Shown here: positions 21,891 through 32,873 of the stretch, one piece after another
Position numbering within the stretch: the stretch's first letter is position 1
Layout of the letters: every line of letters begins with the position of its first letter
Assembly (NCBI GenBank): GCA_963737655.1
Contig: CAVTTN010000002.1
Location: 6,976,001-7,040,000, forward strand
DNA length: 64,000 nucleotides
Source: an uncultured Planctomycetota bacterium
GTDB lineage: Bacteria; Planctomycetota; Planctomycetia; Isosphaerales; Isosphaeraceae
Reading direction: 5' to 3'
Notes under the pieces: model-generated
Told to the model about the DNA's origin: nothing
Seen by the model: only the letters and a program-made list of their open reading frames with translations
Databases searched by the model: none
Position numbers and translations under genes: made by a program

Positions 21891-22770
21891 TCGGCCTGCT
21901 TGGTGGCGACGAGGAACGCCTTGAGCGTGGAATCCGGCTCGCGGTCGGAGAGGCGGAGGAAGACGTCGGCGGCCTTCCTCGTCCGGCCGGAGAGGAACCA
22001 TTCGGCCCCGAGGACGAGCCAGGCGTCCCGGTCGTTGGGCTCGGCCTGGAGGTGGGCTTCGAGGTCGGCGATGTGCTTGGCGAACTCGGCCGGCTCGGGG
22101 AAGACGGCCTGGACGTCTCCGGCGGTCAGGAGCCATCCGGGCTCGGCCATCTGGGCATCTCGGAGGAAGTTGGCGGCCTCGGTGTACTTGCCTCGGACGA
22201 AGGCGATTTGAGCCAGGCGGACGCGGGGGTTGGCCTTGTCCGGGTCGGCCTTGATGGCCTGCTCGTACCTCTCGACGGCCCTCGGCAGGTTGCCGGCGCG
22301 GAAGAGGCGATCGCCCAGGATCGCCAGCTCGGCCGATCGCGCGGCATCGCCCCGGCGCGGGAGGATCGCGGGTTGCCGGGCCATCGGATTGGCGCCGACC
22401 CGGGGCGCCCGACGTTCATCGCCATCGGCACCGGATTCATCATCGCGGTCATCGGCCCGGGGTTCCACGCGGCCGGGAAGATCGGCCCGCCGAACCCGCC
22501 TCCCGGCCCCACCACGATCAGGGGCGGCGAGTAGGGATACATCCCATACGGACCGAACCCGTAGAAGATACCCGGGTTATACCCGATCGCCCCGCCCCCG
22601 GAGCCGTACCGACTCCCCCCCGACGGATTGATCGTGACCGGGGAGTGCCCGGCCCGCGAATCGTAGCGGCCGACCCCCCCCGAGTGCCCGTGGTGGTGCT
22701 GGGCCGAGGCGTCGGCCGCGAAGGCCAGGAGAGCGAAGGCGACCGCCGAAAGGCTTCGACCGGGCTGCAT
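21887..22770 (-). CDS. Secreted tetratricopeptide-repeat protein; frameshift near 22370-22400
   Basis: Signal peptide and Gly/Pro/Tyr-rich N-terminus in ORF 22126-22770; TPR helices (GDRLFRAGNLPRAVERYEQAIKADP) in ORF 21887-22468. Confidence 0.75.
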
Positions 22771-23011
22771 GGGACGCCGACCTTTCCCGCCTGGAGAGGG
22801 CAGATCCGTCTCTCTGTATTATCGGGGCTTTCCCCCGTGTCGGCAATGGCGGACCGGGTGGAGTCGTCCTCGGCCGTTTCCGCGAGCAGGGAACGGCCCT
22901 GATCGACGACGCTCCACCCTTGACTTGTCGTTCAGTGTATTCTAATAATTCAGACGGAATTGAAAACATGGCTGCGGAACTTAAGATACCTGGCCGGGTT
23001 ACGTTCCTGAA

Positions 23012-23227
23012 AAATCGTTCAAATCGTCCAGTCGAATGATTTTGAGAGGTTCGTTCGACCGGTGCGTCGTTATGTTGCTTTCGCGACAAAACTAATTCGA
23101 TTAAGGAGTTGTGATGACAATCCGCCTTCGTCGGAACCTGGATCAAGGCCCTGTGTCGAAGAGTTCTTGGGATATTCCTGGACGTTTCCTGGTCCGATCG
23201 GTAGGATGAAATCGTTCAAATCGTCCA
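23012..23227 (+). promoter_or_regulatory. Duplicated 19-bp operator-like sequence in an AT-rich divergent promoter region
   Basis: AAATCGTTCAAATCGTCCA occurs exactly at 23012-23030 and 23209-23227; each copy is two 9-bp direct repeats. Confidence 0.6.
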
Positions 23228-23247
23228 AACGAGCGGAAGGTGCGGTC

Positions 23248-24168
23248 ATGGTACCGGCGAACACGCTCTTGAAGACGCAGCAGGTAGCCGAGGCGTTTGG
23301 GGTCAGCGTGAGCACGGTGAAGCGATGGGTGGACTCGGGGAGCCTGCGGGCGTCGCGGACCCCGGGGAAGCATCGCTTGATCTCGGCCGAGGAGGCGTTG
23401 CGGTTCGCTCGGGCCCAGGAGTTGCCGGAGGCTCGGCTCGAAGTCCTGATGGGGGTCGAGGCGATCGTCGGAGGGGCGATCGACGACCGGGCGAGGGAGG
23501 CGCTGGTGCTGGCCCTGAAGACCGGCCGGGACGGCGAGGCCCGGACCCGGCTGGCGTCGGCCTTCGCGGCGTGGAACGACGGGGCGAGGCTGGCCGATGA
23601 GCTGATCAGCCCGGTCATGGCCGAGATCGGACATCAGTGGGCCGCGGGGTCGCTGGAGATCTACCAGGAACACCGCGCCACCCGGATCGTGGAGGCGGCG
23701 TTGCTGGAGCGGATCGCCCGGGTCGAGTCGGCCGAGAGGCCGGGCGGCCGCCCCCTGGCCATGGGCGCGTCTCCCGACGGCGACCCCTATACGCTGTCGA
23801 ATCTGCTGTGCGAGCTGGCGTTGCGGGAGCAGGGCTGGGAGGTCATGAACCTCGGGCCGAACCTGCCGCTGGCGTCGCTCGGTCGGGCGGTCCGGGTGCA
23901 TCGCCCGAGGCTGGTCTGGCTGTCGGTGAATCATCTGGACGACCCCGAGGGGTTCGTCCGCCAATACACGGCGTTTTATGGCTCGGCCTCGGCGACGGGC
24001 ACGGCGGTCTGCCTGGGAGGGCAGGCCCTGGATTCGTCGCTCCGGGCGAGGCTGCCGGCGGCGGGGTTCGGCGAGAGGGTCGCCCACCTCGCCGAATTCG
24101 CCCGCCGGCTCGCCCCGGCCTCCCCGGACGATCGTCCTCAAACGGAACCCCGAGAAGACCAGGAGTAA
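23248..24168 (+). CDS. MerR/excisionase-type HTH + cobalamin-binding-fold regulator (CarH/LitR-like)
   Basis: TQQVAEAFGVSVSTVKRWVDSGSL..RTPGKHR HTH; W-x9-EH (WAAGSLEIYQEH); NLGPNLP, LVWLSV, LGG of the Rossmann-type B12 domain. Confidence 0.85.
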   Translation: MVPANTLLKTQQVAEAFGVSVSTVKRWVDSGSLRASRTPGKHRLISAEEALRFARAQELPEARLEVLMGVEAIVGGAIDDRAREALVLALKTGRDGEARTRLASAFAAWNDGARLADELISPVMAEIGHQWAAGSLEIYQEHRATRIVEAALLERIARVESAERPGGRPLAMGASPDGDPYTLSNLLCELALREQGWEVMNLGPNLPLASLGRAVRVHRPRLVWLSVNHLDDPEGFVRQYTAFYGSASATGTAVCLGGQALDSSLRARLPAAGFGERVAHLAEFARRLAPASPDDRPQTEPREDQE

Positions 24169-24172
24169 CCCC

Positions 24173-25135
24173 ATGCGCACCCATCGGACGATCGGCGACG
24201 GCGACGGACTGGCGACCCTGGACAGCGCCGACACGCAGGTCCTCGGAGCCAAGGAGGAGCGCTCGCTCCTCCGCGACCTGAACGAGTGCCGGACGAAGCT
24301 CTCGGAGGCCCTGGCCAAGCTCCCGGGCGGCTCGGCCGACGCGGAGCGGGGCTCGGACGACCTCCAGGCCCTGGCCGATCGGATCGCCCGCCTCCACCTC
24401 GGCGACGGGCCGGCCGAGGCGAGGCTCGGCGCCGTGGCCCGGAAGTACGCCGAGCTCCGCTCCCGGCTCGCCCTGGCCAACATGAAGCTGGTGGCCCACG
24501 TGGCCAAGAAGTTCCGCGATCGCGGGGTCTCGTATTCGGACCTCTTGCAGGAAGGCTTCTGCGGCCTCCTCGAAGCGATCGACCGGTTCGACCTCGGGCA
24601 CGAGACCAAGCTGGCGACGTATGCGACGTGGTGGATCCGGCAATCGATGCAACGGGCGGTGGCCTCCGGCGCGTATCCGGTCCGTCTCAGCCCGAGGCAC
24701 CTCCGCCAGCTCGCCCAGAACCAGGACGAGCTGGAACGGGCGGGGACGGCCGCCGGGATCGGCACGAAGCCGACCGAGATGATCCAGAGGATTCATGCGG
24801 CGACCCGACCGACCGTCTCCCTGAACGCCGCCCTGGACGCCCAGTCGGATTTCAGCCTGTTGCAGACGATGAGCGACCCCGAGGGGGACCGCACCGGCGA
24901 CGTGGACATGGACGAGGCCGTGAGCAAGCTCATGAACGCCCTGAGGCCCCGGGAGCAGCAGGTCCTGGAGCTCCGCTACGGCCTGGGCGGCCAGCCGAAG
25001 CTCTCGCTCAGCCAGGTCGGCAGGGTCCTGGAAGTGTCCAAGGAGAGGGTCCGGCAGATCCAGGACCGAGCTCTGGAGAAGCTTCGGACGGCGGCCGCCG
25101 AAGACCGAGACGTCGCCCTGGCGTGGCTCTGTTGA
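24173..25135 (+). CDS. Sigma-70 factor, RpoD/SigA-like (non-primary)
   Basis: [13 protein letters not shown]...DLLQEG...AIDRFD...[10 protein letters not shown] (region 2); [12 protein letters not shown]...[10 protein letters not shown] (region 4); lacks region 1.1. Confidence 0.92.
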   Translation: MRTHRTIGDGDGLATLDSADTQVLGAKEERSLLRDLNECRTKLSEALAKLPGGSADAERGSDDLQALADRIARLHLGDGPAEARLGAVARKYAELRSRLALANMKLVAHVAKKFRDRGVSYSDLLQEGFCGLLEAIDRFDLGHETKLATYATWWIRQSMQRAVASGAYPVRLSPRHLRQLAQNQDELERAGTAAGIGTKPTEMIQRIHAATRPTVSLNAALDAQSDFSLLQTMSDPEGDRTGDVDMDEAVSKLMNALRPREQQVLELRYGLGGQPKLSLSQVGRVLEVSKERVRQIQDRALEKLRTAAAEDRDVALAWLC

Positions 25136-25261
25136 ACGGTCCGGGATGGTCGCTGGCCCCGTCTTGCCGAGGAAGGGGCGAGAAGACTGGACCCGGGGGC
25201 GGCCCGGGGCCGAATCCGAGGAGGGGCGGGCGGACGAGGGACTTCGAGGCGACCGCGAATC

Positions 25262-26160
25262 ATGGCCGGCGAACCGATCGGCGGGTTTCTGCATTATCTG
25301 ATGGCCGAGTGCGGGGTGTCTCCCAACACCCTGGCGGCCTATCGCTCCGACCTGATGAGGTTCCGCCGCTGGAGAGGGAAGCACGCGCCGGGGCCTCTCG
25401 GGGCGCTGGACGTCCCGACCCTGGCCGGATACGTCGAGTATCTCCACGAGTGCCGCCTGGCGGCGCCGAGCATCGGCCGGCACCTGGCGAGCCTCTCGAC
25501 CTACTTCCGCTACCTGATCTTCGAGGGGAAGCTCACCGAGAACACGGCCAAGCTGCTGGTGGCCCCGGCGGTCTGGGACCGATTGCCGACGGTCCTCGGC
25601 CCCCAATCCGTGACGAAGCTCCTGGAGGCGCCGAGCCGGAGACCCGGCTGGGCCGTCGCGACCGGGCGGCCCTGGAAACCCTGTACGCCTCGGGCTGCCG
25701 GGCGTCGGAGGTCGTGGGCCTGACGATCGCCGACCTCGACCTGGTCCGGGGGTCGGCCCGATGCGTGGGCAAGGGGGACAAGCAACGGGTCGTCCCCCTG
25801 GGCCGACCGGCCCGCGAGGCGATCTCGGCCTATCTGGAGAAGGACCGGCCCGAGCTGGTCGTCCGAAGGCCGGAGACCCGCGAGGTCTTCGTGTCGAAGA
25901 GCGGTCGGCCGCTGTCCCGGGTGTCTCTGTGGCGAATCGTCTCGGGTTATGCCAAGGCCCTGGGGCTCTCGGCGGCCGGGCCGATCGGCCCCCACACGAT
26001 CCGTCATAGCTTCGCGACCCATCTGCTCGCCGGAGGGGCCGACCTCCGCGTGGTCCAGGAGATCCTGGGACATGCCTCGATCGCGACCACTCAGGTCTAT
26101 ACCCGAGTCGAGATGACCCGGCTCCGCGAGGTCCATCGGCGGTTCCATCCCCGGGGGTGA
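25262..26160 (+). CDS. xerD: Tyrosine recombinase XerD; frameshift near 25640
   Basis: [77 protein letters not shown]. Confidence 0.85.
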
Positions 26161-26169
26161 GGATCTGGG

Positions 26170-26607
26170 ATGACGAAATGGACCTTGCTGGCGTGCCTGG
26201 CGTCGTCCCTGTTCATGACCGGGCTGATCTGGTTCGTCGACCGGGTGCATTACCCGCTGTTCGGCCGGGTGGGCGAGGCGGAGTTTCGGGCCTATCACGC
26301 CGAGCACAGCCGGAGGACCACGGCCGTGGTCCTCGTACCGATGGTGGTGGAGCTGCTCACGAGCGTGGCCCTGGTCGTCCGCCGGCCGATCGGGACGGGC
26401 CCGATCCTGGCCGGGGCCGGCCTGGCGATGGCCCTGGTCACGTGGGCGGCGACGGCGTTCCTGGCCGTGCCGATGCATGACATCCTGGCCCGGGGGTTCG
26501 ACCCGTCGGCCCACCGGAGGCTCGTGGCGACCGATGCGGTCCGCCTGGTGGCCTGGACCGTGCATTCGGCGCTCCTCCTGGCGATGACCGCCCGGGCCCT
26601 TCGCTGA
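26170..26607 (+). CDS. Four-TM membrane protein of unknown function
   Basis: GLIWFVDRVHYPLF...FRAYHAEH...VPMHDIL; hydrophobic segments. Confidence 0.75.
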   Translation: MTKWTLLACLASSLFMTGLIWFVDRVHYPLFGRVGEAEFRAYHAEHSRRTTAVVLVPMVVELLTSVALVVRRPIGTGPILAGAGLAMALVTWAATAFLAVPMHDILARGFDPSAHRRLVATDAVRLVAWTVHSALLLAMTARALR

Positions 26608-26668
26608 GAAGCGGCCCGGCCCGCCTCTTCTCTCGGGTCGGCGATCCGACGGGCAGGTCAGTCGGTGC

Positions 26669-29081
26669 TCAGTGGGGGGCGGCGTCGGCCGGGGCCGGCG
26701 GCCCGTTCATGTCCTCGAGCGCCTGGGTATCGACCTCGATCCTCCGGAGGACCATCTGGCGATAGGGGCCGATCTTTTCCGGATGGTCGGATCGGGCCAG
26801 GGCCTTGTCCAGGAGGTCTCGGGCCTGGGTGTAGCGGAGGAGGGCCTCGGGGTAATTCTCGGCATGGGAGTAATGGTCGGCGAATCCCAGGGCCACGATC
26901 GCGGCGGTGAAGTCCTGGGTCGATTGCTGCAAGTCGTCGCGGATCAGGATCAGCCGATCGGCCTCGTTCAGCCGATCCTCGGCCTCTCGGAGGGAGGCCA
27001 GGGCGCGATCGAGGGCCGGCGGGCAGACTTCGCGGTCCTGATGCGCGAGGTTCTCGAGAATCACGGCGAGCCGGCGGTCATACGAGGCGCGATCGCGGGC
27101 CGGGAGTTCGTCGACGGTGAGGCGGAGGGCCCGTCTCAGGGCGCGACGGGCCCGGACGCGGTCCCGGGCGCTCTCGGCGGCAAGCGCCATTCCCGAGAGG
27201 GCCGAATGGAGAGTCGGCAGCCGATCGACGGCCGTCTGATACGATTGATAGGCTTCCTCCCACCGCTTCATCTTCAGGAGGGCGGCCCCCTGGTGGTGAT
27301 AGAGGAGGGCCAGGTCGGAGGCCGGGACGCGGTCTCCGGCGTCCTGGGCGAGGCGGATCGCCCGGCGGACCTGTTCCAGAGCCTCGACGAAGTTGCCTTC
27401 GAGGTCCGCGACGGTGGAAAGGCCCCAGTAAGCTTTATAAGAAGATGGGTCGAGCGCCAGGGCGCCGAGGTAGGCATCCCGGGCCTTGCGGTAATCGGGG
27501 TCCTTGCGGTGGATGGCGTCGTTGCCTCGGAGGACCAGGGCGCGGGCGTCTTCCGAGCCGGCCCAGGCGGCGAGGCCGGCGAGCAGGGCGACTCCCAGGA
27601 CCAGCAAGGCCAGGGAGGCCCTCCGCCGCCTCGCCCAGTTGACCGCGGCCTCGCGCCTCGACGGATTCACGGCGAACCTCAGGGGCAAGTGTTCGACGAA
27701 ACGGCGGAGGTCCTCGGCCAGGCTCCAGGCGTCGGGGTAGCGATCCTCGGGCCGGGTGGCCAGGCATTTCTGGAGGATCGCTTCCAGGGCGTGGGGCACG
27801 TCGGGCCGGAGGGCCCGGGCCGAGGGGATGGCGGACTCGCGACGGTCCCGGAGACTCGCGGATGGCGCGGGGCAAGGGGATGGCGGGGTCGGGCGCCTCG
27901 GGTCGCCGGCCGGTCAGGAGTTCGCGGAGGAGGAGGCCCAGGGCGAACAGGTCGGCCGACTCGCGGACGTCGATCCATCGCGAGGGTTCGAGAAACGCCT
28001 CCAGTTGCTCGGGGGCCATGTAGGGCAGGGTGCCCCCGCGGAGGGCGGCCTCGGCCCGGTCGGCGGCGACGGGGGAGTCGGCCAGGTTGAAGTCCAGCAA
28101 CTGCGGCCCCTCGCGGACCGTCAGCAGGACGTTGGCCGGCTTGATGTCGCGGTGCAGGACGGCCTGCGAATGGGCATAGGCCAGGGCCCGGGCGATCACG
28201 GCGACGATCCAGGCGACGCCCTGGGCGTAGGTCCCGCCCTGGGGAAAGCCTCGCCAGCCGGGCGGTTCGGGCCCGTCCGCCGGGCCGTTGGTCGCGTCCT
28301 CGACCAGGGCCGCGCGAAGGACCGAGGCCCGCCGCGGGCGGCTCGACGGATCGACCCGGCGGATCACCTCGTCCAGGGACAGCCCGGCCCGGTAGGGCAT
28401 GCACAGGCCCCTCAAGCCGGTCTCCGCGTCGTCGGTGACCGAGAGGACCGGCACGATGTGCTCGTGGTCCAGCCTCGCCTGGATGGCCGGTTCCTTGCCG
28501 CGGTCGCTGGAGACCTTCAGCGCGACCTGGCGATCGCCGAGCGACTCGTCGAGGGCGAGGAAGACGCGGGCCGACCCCCCTCGGCCGAGGATCGAGCGGA
28601 GGTGGAAGCGGTGGAAGTGCTCGCCCGGATTGGGGAATCGGGGCGCCTCGGGCACCCGGCCGATGGCCTGGCTGAGCACCAGGTGGTAGCGGAGCTGCGA
28701 TTCGAGAGAATCGCGCCAGGGGTCGTACCGGGCGCAGAACTCCTCGGGGTCGGGGGCCTGGCCGGCGTCCTCGCGGAGGCAGAATTCCTCGTAGACCAGG
28801 CTGACGACCCGGTCCTTGGAGGCCCGGAGCGCGGCGAACTCGGCGAGGTATTCGGCGACCGAGGCGCGCTGCCCCAGGGCGAACCGTCGGCGGAGGTCGG
28901 CCTTGATCAGGGCGGCGAGGACTTCGACGTCCTTCTCGGGAGAGATCCTGGCCCAGGCGGCGTCCAGGGCGGGTTCGGCTCCGTCCTCCCAGAGGGCCGC
29001 CACGGCCGCGACGGCCGCTTCGAGGGAGTCGCCCGAGCTCCGCCGGGACAACCAGGCCGGAGCGGCCGGGGGCGTCGTCAT
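26669..29081 (-). CDS. Ser/Thr protein kinase with TM and C-terminal TPRs; frameshift near 27850
   Basis: LGRGGSARVF, VALK, HRDIKPAN, DFN (for DFG), GTLPYMAPEQ; second frame has KCLA..PEDRY, TM, TPRs. Confidence 0.9.
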
Positions 29082-29689
29082 GGCCGGCCCTCCGCGGCGG
29101 CGGACTTCCAGGACTCGCCCAGGTCCTTGAGGAACCTCTGGACCTTGCGGACGTGCCAGCCGATGCGCTCGGCGATCTCGTCGTTGGAGTAGCCCTGGCC
29201 CTTGAGCTCGATGACCAGGCGCTCGTCGTCGGCCTGGCCCGACAGCAATCGCTCCCGGGCCTCGCTCGCCTGGGCGAACTGGCTGGGCGTCGGATCGGCC
29301 GAGGCGAGCTCCGCGGACCGCCCTCCGGGACCCTGCGCGGCCTCGAGCCGGCGGTCTCGGGTCAGGTCATTCTTGAGTGCGTGATGGTGCCTGTGCTTGT
29401 CGATGACCTTGCGCTCGGCCGACTTGATCAGGAACGCCTGGAGTTCGGCCAGAGTCGGGAAGTCGAATCGCTCGGGCTTCTCGGCCAGGCTGGTCCAGAC
29501 GTCGCCGAGGAAGTCCGACGAGTCGTAGAGCGAACGCATGGCCGGCGAGTTGAGCCGTCGACGGATCACTCGCATGACCTTGGGATAGCACGCCTCGTAC
29601 AGGTTCCGCCAGGCCGCTTCATCGCCGGAGCGGGCGCGGGCGAACAGACCGTCGAGGCCGTCGGACGCCGAATCCGTCGGCCGACTCAT
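29078..29689 (-). CDS. ECF-type sigma factor (planctomycete type)
   Basis: LFARARSGDEAAW, TPSQ, GYSNDEIAERIG..VRKVQR; ATGA overlap with the kinase. Confidence 0.88.
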   Translation of the reverse strand: MSRPTDSASDGLDGLFARARSGDEAAWRNLYEACYPKVMRVIRRRLNSPAMRSLYDSSDFLGDVWTSLAEKPERFDFPTLAELQAFLIKSAERKVIDKHRHHHALKNDLTRDRRLEAAQGPGGRSAELASADPTPSQFAQASEARERLLSGQADDERLVIELKGQGYSNDEIAERIGWHVRKVQRFLKDLGESWKSAAAEGRP

Positions 29690-30068
29690 GCCTGATGTCC
29701 TCCCCGGAGCCTCGGAGAGGCGTCCATCGTCGCACCGAGGGACCGCTCAGCCAACGGCCGGACGCGACCGGACCGCCTCACCGTCCCCTATTGTATCGAC
29801 TCCGGCGGAGGGAGAAAGCATGCTCTTTCAATAAACCGAAAAATCCGAGACCCGACGAGCCCGCCGTGGCTAAAAAGTCAGCCGGAACGACCGGAATGCC
29901 CGCGTCGGTCGTCGTCGATGGCGGACGAACTCCCCGCCAGGCTGGGGGAATCGCCGACAAATCGGGGCCGTCCCGGTCCCCGCGAGCTTGGCTTGGTTAG
30001 GCGCGTCAAGAAAAAGCTCTGGCACCGAAACGCTTACTTAAAAAAGCGACAACCGGATCGCGAGGAGT

Positions 30069-30278
30069 TCAGAGCGATTCCACCGGCGGAGAGATGTCCG
30101 TGGCGTCGGTCGGCTGGAGCAGGAGGGTCGTCGGCGAGGTGATCTGGGTGCAGGAGGAATCGGTGCTGGTATCCACCATGCTCTGGGTGACGTCCAGGGA
30201 GGGCCAGCTGGTCGGGGAGATCCGCAGGGTGAGGACATCCAGGGTGGGGCGGAAGCGGCGGTCGCGGCGCGCGAGCAT
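30069..30278 (-). CDS. 69-aa peptide with planctomycete-type leader and Ser/Thr/Asp-rich core
   Basis: Tail of ORF 30069-32132 from ATG 30278 with GGAGGA RBS: MLARRDRRFRPTLDVLTLRISPT... Confidence 0.65.
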   Translation of the reverse strand: MLARRDRRFRPTLDVLTLRISPTSWPSLDVTQSMVDTSTDSSCTQITSPTTLLLQPTDATDISPPVESL

Positions 30279-30364
30279 CGGGCATCCTCCGTCGAAGGCG
30301 AGGGGGAGTGTAAACGCGGGATGAACGAGGAGGTAAGGGTCGGGACTGGGGGGAGCCCCCAGAA

Positions 30365-31045
30365 TCAATTCAAGCTGAAGGGGCGGCGCGGGGCCACGGG
30401 AACGAGGCCCGGCAGCAGGGACGAGACCGGATAGGCGTCCTCGGGGATGAGGCCGAGGGTCGCCGGGCGATACAGGGGGCAGGCGCTGTGCTGAGCGGCG
30501 GCCTCGTTCCTCAGGCGGTCGGCCAGGTCGAGCCGGCCGATCCGAACGGCCGTCAGATACCGGGCCAGGGAGGTCCGGGATCGCGACGGGGTCATCAGGA
30601 CGACCTCGGGCGACTCGCCTCGATCCAGGGAGGCCTCGCCCCGGCGGATCTCCTCGCGGATTTCGCGGCGGAGGCCGCGGATCATGGCTCGGACCCGCGA
30701 GAGGTAGCGGGATCGGGCCGACGGGCCGGTCAGCTCGGTCCAGGGATCGGTGCCGGTCCCCGGCTCGACCAGGCTCGCCACGAACAGTTCGGGGTCCACC
30801 GGCACCCTCGAGTCGATCCGATGCGCCTCGGCCAGGACCGAGGCCGCCGCCGACCATACCCGCCCGTCCACGAAACCTTGAGGCGACGAGGGCCTGCGGG
30901 CCAGGTAGGCCCGTTCGATCCGGGCGGCCGCGTGTTCCAGGGTTCGGGCGGTATTTTGAGTCACGGGGACCTCGGTCTGCGATCGGCGGGGGGACGGGCT
31001 GACCACCGGCGGCATCGTCGGAGGGCTTTGAAGGCCGCCCTTCAT
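30365..31045 (-). CDS. Hypothetical protein
   Basis: About 215-226 aa with normal composition ([23 protein letters not shown]); start uncertain. Confidence 0.7.
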   Translation of the reverse strand: MKGGLQSPPTMPPVVSPSPRRSQTEVPVTQNTARTLEHAAARIERAYLARRPSSPQGFVDGRVWSAAASVLAEAHRIDSRVPVDPELFVASLVEPGTGTDPWTELTGPSARSRYLSRVRAMIRGLRREIREEIRRGEASLDRGESPEVVLMTPSRSRTSLARYLTAVRIGRLDLADRLRNEAAAQHSACPLYRPATLGLIPEDAYPVSSLLPGLVPVAPRRPFSLN

Positions 31046-31238
31046 CCGCTCCGGCCCTGGAACCGAAATCCCCGCGACGCCGCGACACGGAATTTCCCGG
31101 GCCGTCGCGATTTTCTCCGAAGGGCGATCTCGGCCTGGACCCGAGCGCCCGACGTATGTATGTTATAAGGCCACCGCACCGGAACCCCCGGGGCCGTCGA
31201 TCCATGTCGTCCGACCTCTTTTCTCGGGAATCCCTCTC

Positions 31239-31508
31239 ATGCCCGAGCGGTTCCACTGGCCCTCGGTCAAGTCCGCCCTGGCCACCCGGGTCTGCCTGGT
31301 CCGCGAGGAGCTTTACGGAGTCCACGGCGGACCCTTGCTGGCGAATGCCCTGAAAGTCCCGTTTCGATCCTGGCTCGCGTATGAATCCGGCGTGACGATC
31401 CCGGCGCTGATCATCCTCCGATTCCTGGAAGTGACCCACGCTCATCCTCACTGGCTCCTGACCGGCGAGGGGGACCGCTACCGGACCCACGGCGAAGGCG
31501 CCGCCTGA
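31239..31508 (+). CDS. XRE-like helix-turn-helix protein
   Basis: [33 protein letters not shown]...PHWLLTGEG; the WLLTGEG ending is typical of XRE/Cro regulators. Confidence 0.75.
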   Translation: MPERFHWPSVKSALATRVCLVREELYGVHGGPLLANALKVPFRSWLAYESGVTIPALIILRFLEVTHAHPHWLLTGEGDRYRTHGEGAA

Positions 31509-31524
31509 CCCCCTACGGCCCCCC

Positions 31525-32699
31525 ATGCCACGACGCCGACCCGGTCCCGGCGAGCCGTTTTCCAAACTGCTGGATCGCCTCGTCCGCGAGGCCCTCCGGG
31601 GCGGAGGGCCCGTTCGCCTCGACGCCCCTCGGCTCGCCCTCCTCGCCGGGGCGGCCCTCCTGATCCTCCTGGCCGCCTGGCTGTCCCGCCCTCGTGACAT
31701 CCGGCCGCCCGTCACTCGGCCGAACCCGGGCCCATCCGCCTCGAGCCCGGCATCCTCCGCTGGTTTCCTCGTCTGCTCATGGAACGTCGAAAATTTCTTC
31801 GACGACGTGGACGATCCGAAGAACCACGATGAGGATGAAGATTGGTTCGGCCGCGATCCCTCCGCGTTCCGCCAAAAAGTCGCGGTCCTGGCCGATTCCC
31901 TGCTCCTCCAGAATGACGGACTGGGACCCGACGTCCTGGCGATGGTCGAGGTCGAGAGCCTCCGGTGCGTCGAGGCGCTCCGCGACGCCCTGAATGCCCG
32001 CCTCCCGGCCGAGGCGAGGTACGGTGGGATCGTCCAGCGAGACGACCGCACGGGTCGACGGTTCGCCCCGGCCGTGTTGACCCGTCTGGGCGTCCGGGAC
32101 GACCTCACCCAGGGGCCTCGCGACTTCGGCAACCGCCGGATCCTCGAAGCCCATCTCGAAGCCCGGGGCGCCCTCTAGTCCTCCTCGTGAGCCACTGGAC
32201 CAGCCGGGTCCGCGGCGAGACCGAGACCAAGCGAGAGCGCTACGCCGAGGCCCTCTACCGCGAATTCCTCGCCCTGAGTCGGGACGACCCGGCGGCCGAC
32301 GTCTTGATCTGCGGCGACTTCAACGACGAGCCCGACGACCCATCCTTACGCTCGGGCCTCCACGCCGTGACGGACCCGGCGCTCGTCCGCGAGGGGGCCG
32401 CGGAGCCGAACTTGCTGGACCTCGTCGCCGGGAGGAACGCGGCCACCGACGGCACGTATTTCTACTCCGGCAGGTGGCAATTCCTCGACCACCTCGTCGC
32501 CTCGCCCGGCCTGCTCGACCCGAAGGGCTGGCGGGTCCTGCCCGAGACGCTCGCCACGGCCCACCCTCCCGAGCTCCGCGCGGGCCGATCGGGCGCGCCG
32601 AAACGGTTCGGCAAGCCCGCCAGCGAGAATCCCCGAGGCCCCTCGGACCATTTCGCCCTGACCGTCCGCATCCAGGTCGAGCCGTCCTCCGGGCGCTGA
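31525..32699 (+). CDS. Endonuclease/exonuclease/phosphatase family protein with N-terminal TM; frameshift near 32170
   Basis: SWNVENFFD, PDVLAMVEVE; second frame has HW, GDFND, LDHL, SDH. Confidence 0.88.
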
Positions 32700-32873
32700 G
32701 CGGCATTCGATCGCCGGTTCTGGCACGGCTTGTGCATTAACCTCGGGATCAAACCCCCCGATGTTTAGATACCGGGGGATGAGGTTATCTGGATGATCGG
32801 TCCGGCCGGATCGGGGAGACCCCCCATTTCCGGCCGACGGGGAATCCCCCGTCTTCTCGAAGGAGCACCCGCG

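Noticed and set aside
22780..23240. Cobalamin riboswitch upstream of the B12-fold regulator
   Set aside because: No recognisable B12-box or conserved riboswitch core by eye; an Rfam/Infernal scan would be decisive
25262..26160. Tyrosine recombinase plus excisionase-like HTH as a prophage or integrative element
   Set aside because: The sequence matches housekeeping XerD, the HTH is fused to a B12-fold domain, and no att repeats, tRNA or phage genes were seen
29690..30068. Possible ncRNA or small ORFs upstream of the ECF gene
   Set aside because: No convincing structure or protein-like ORF; probably promoter/UTR sequence
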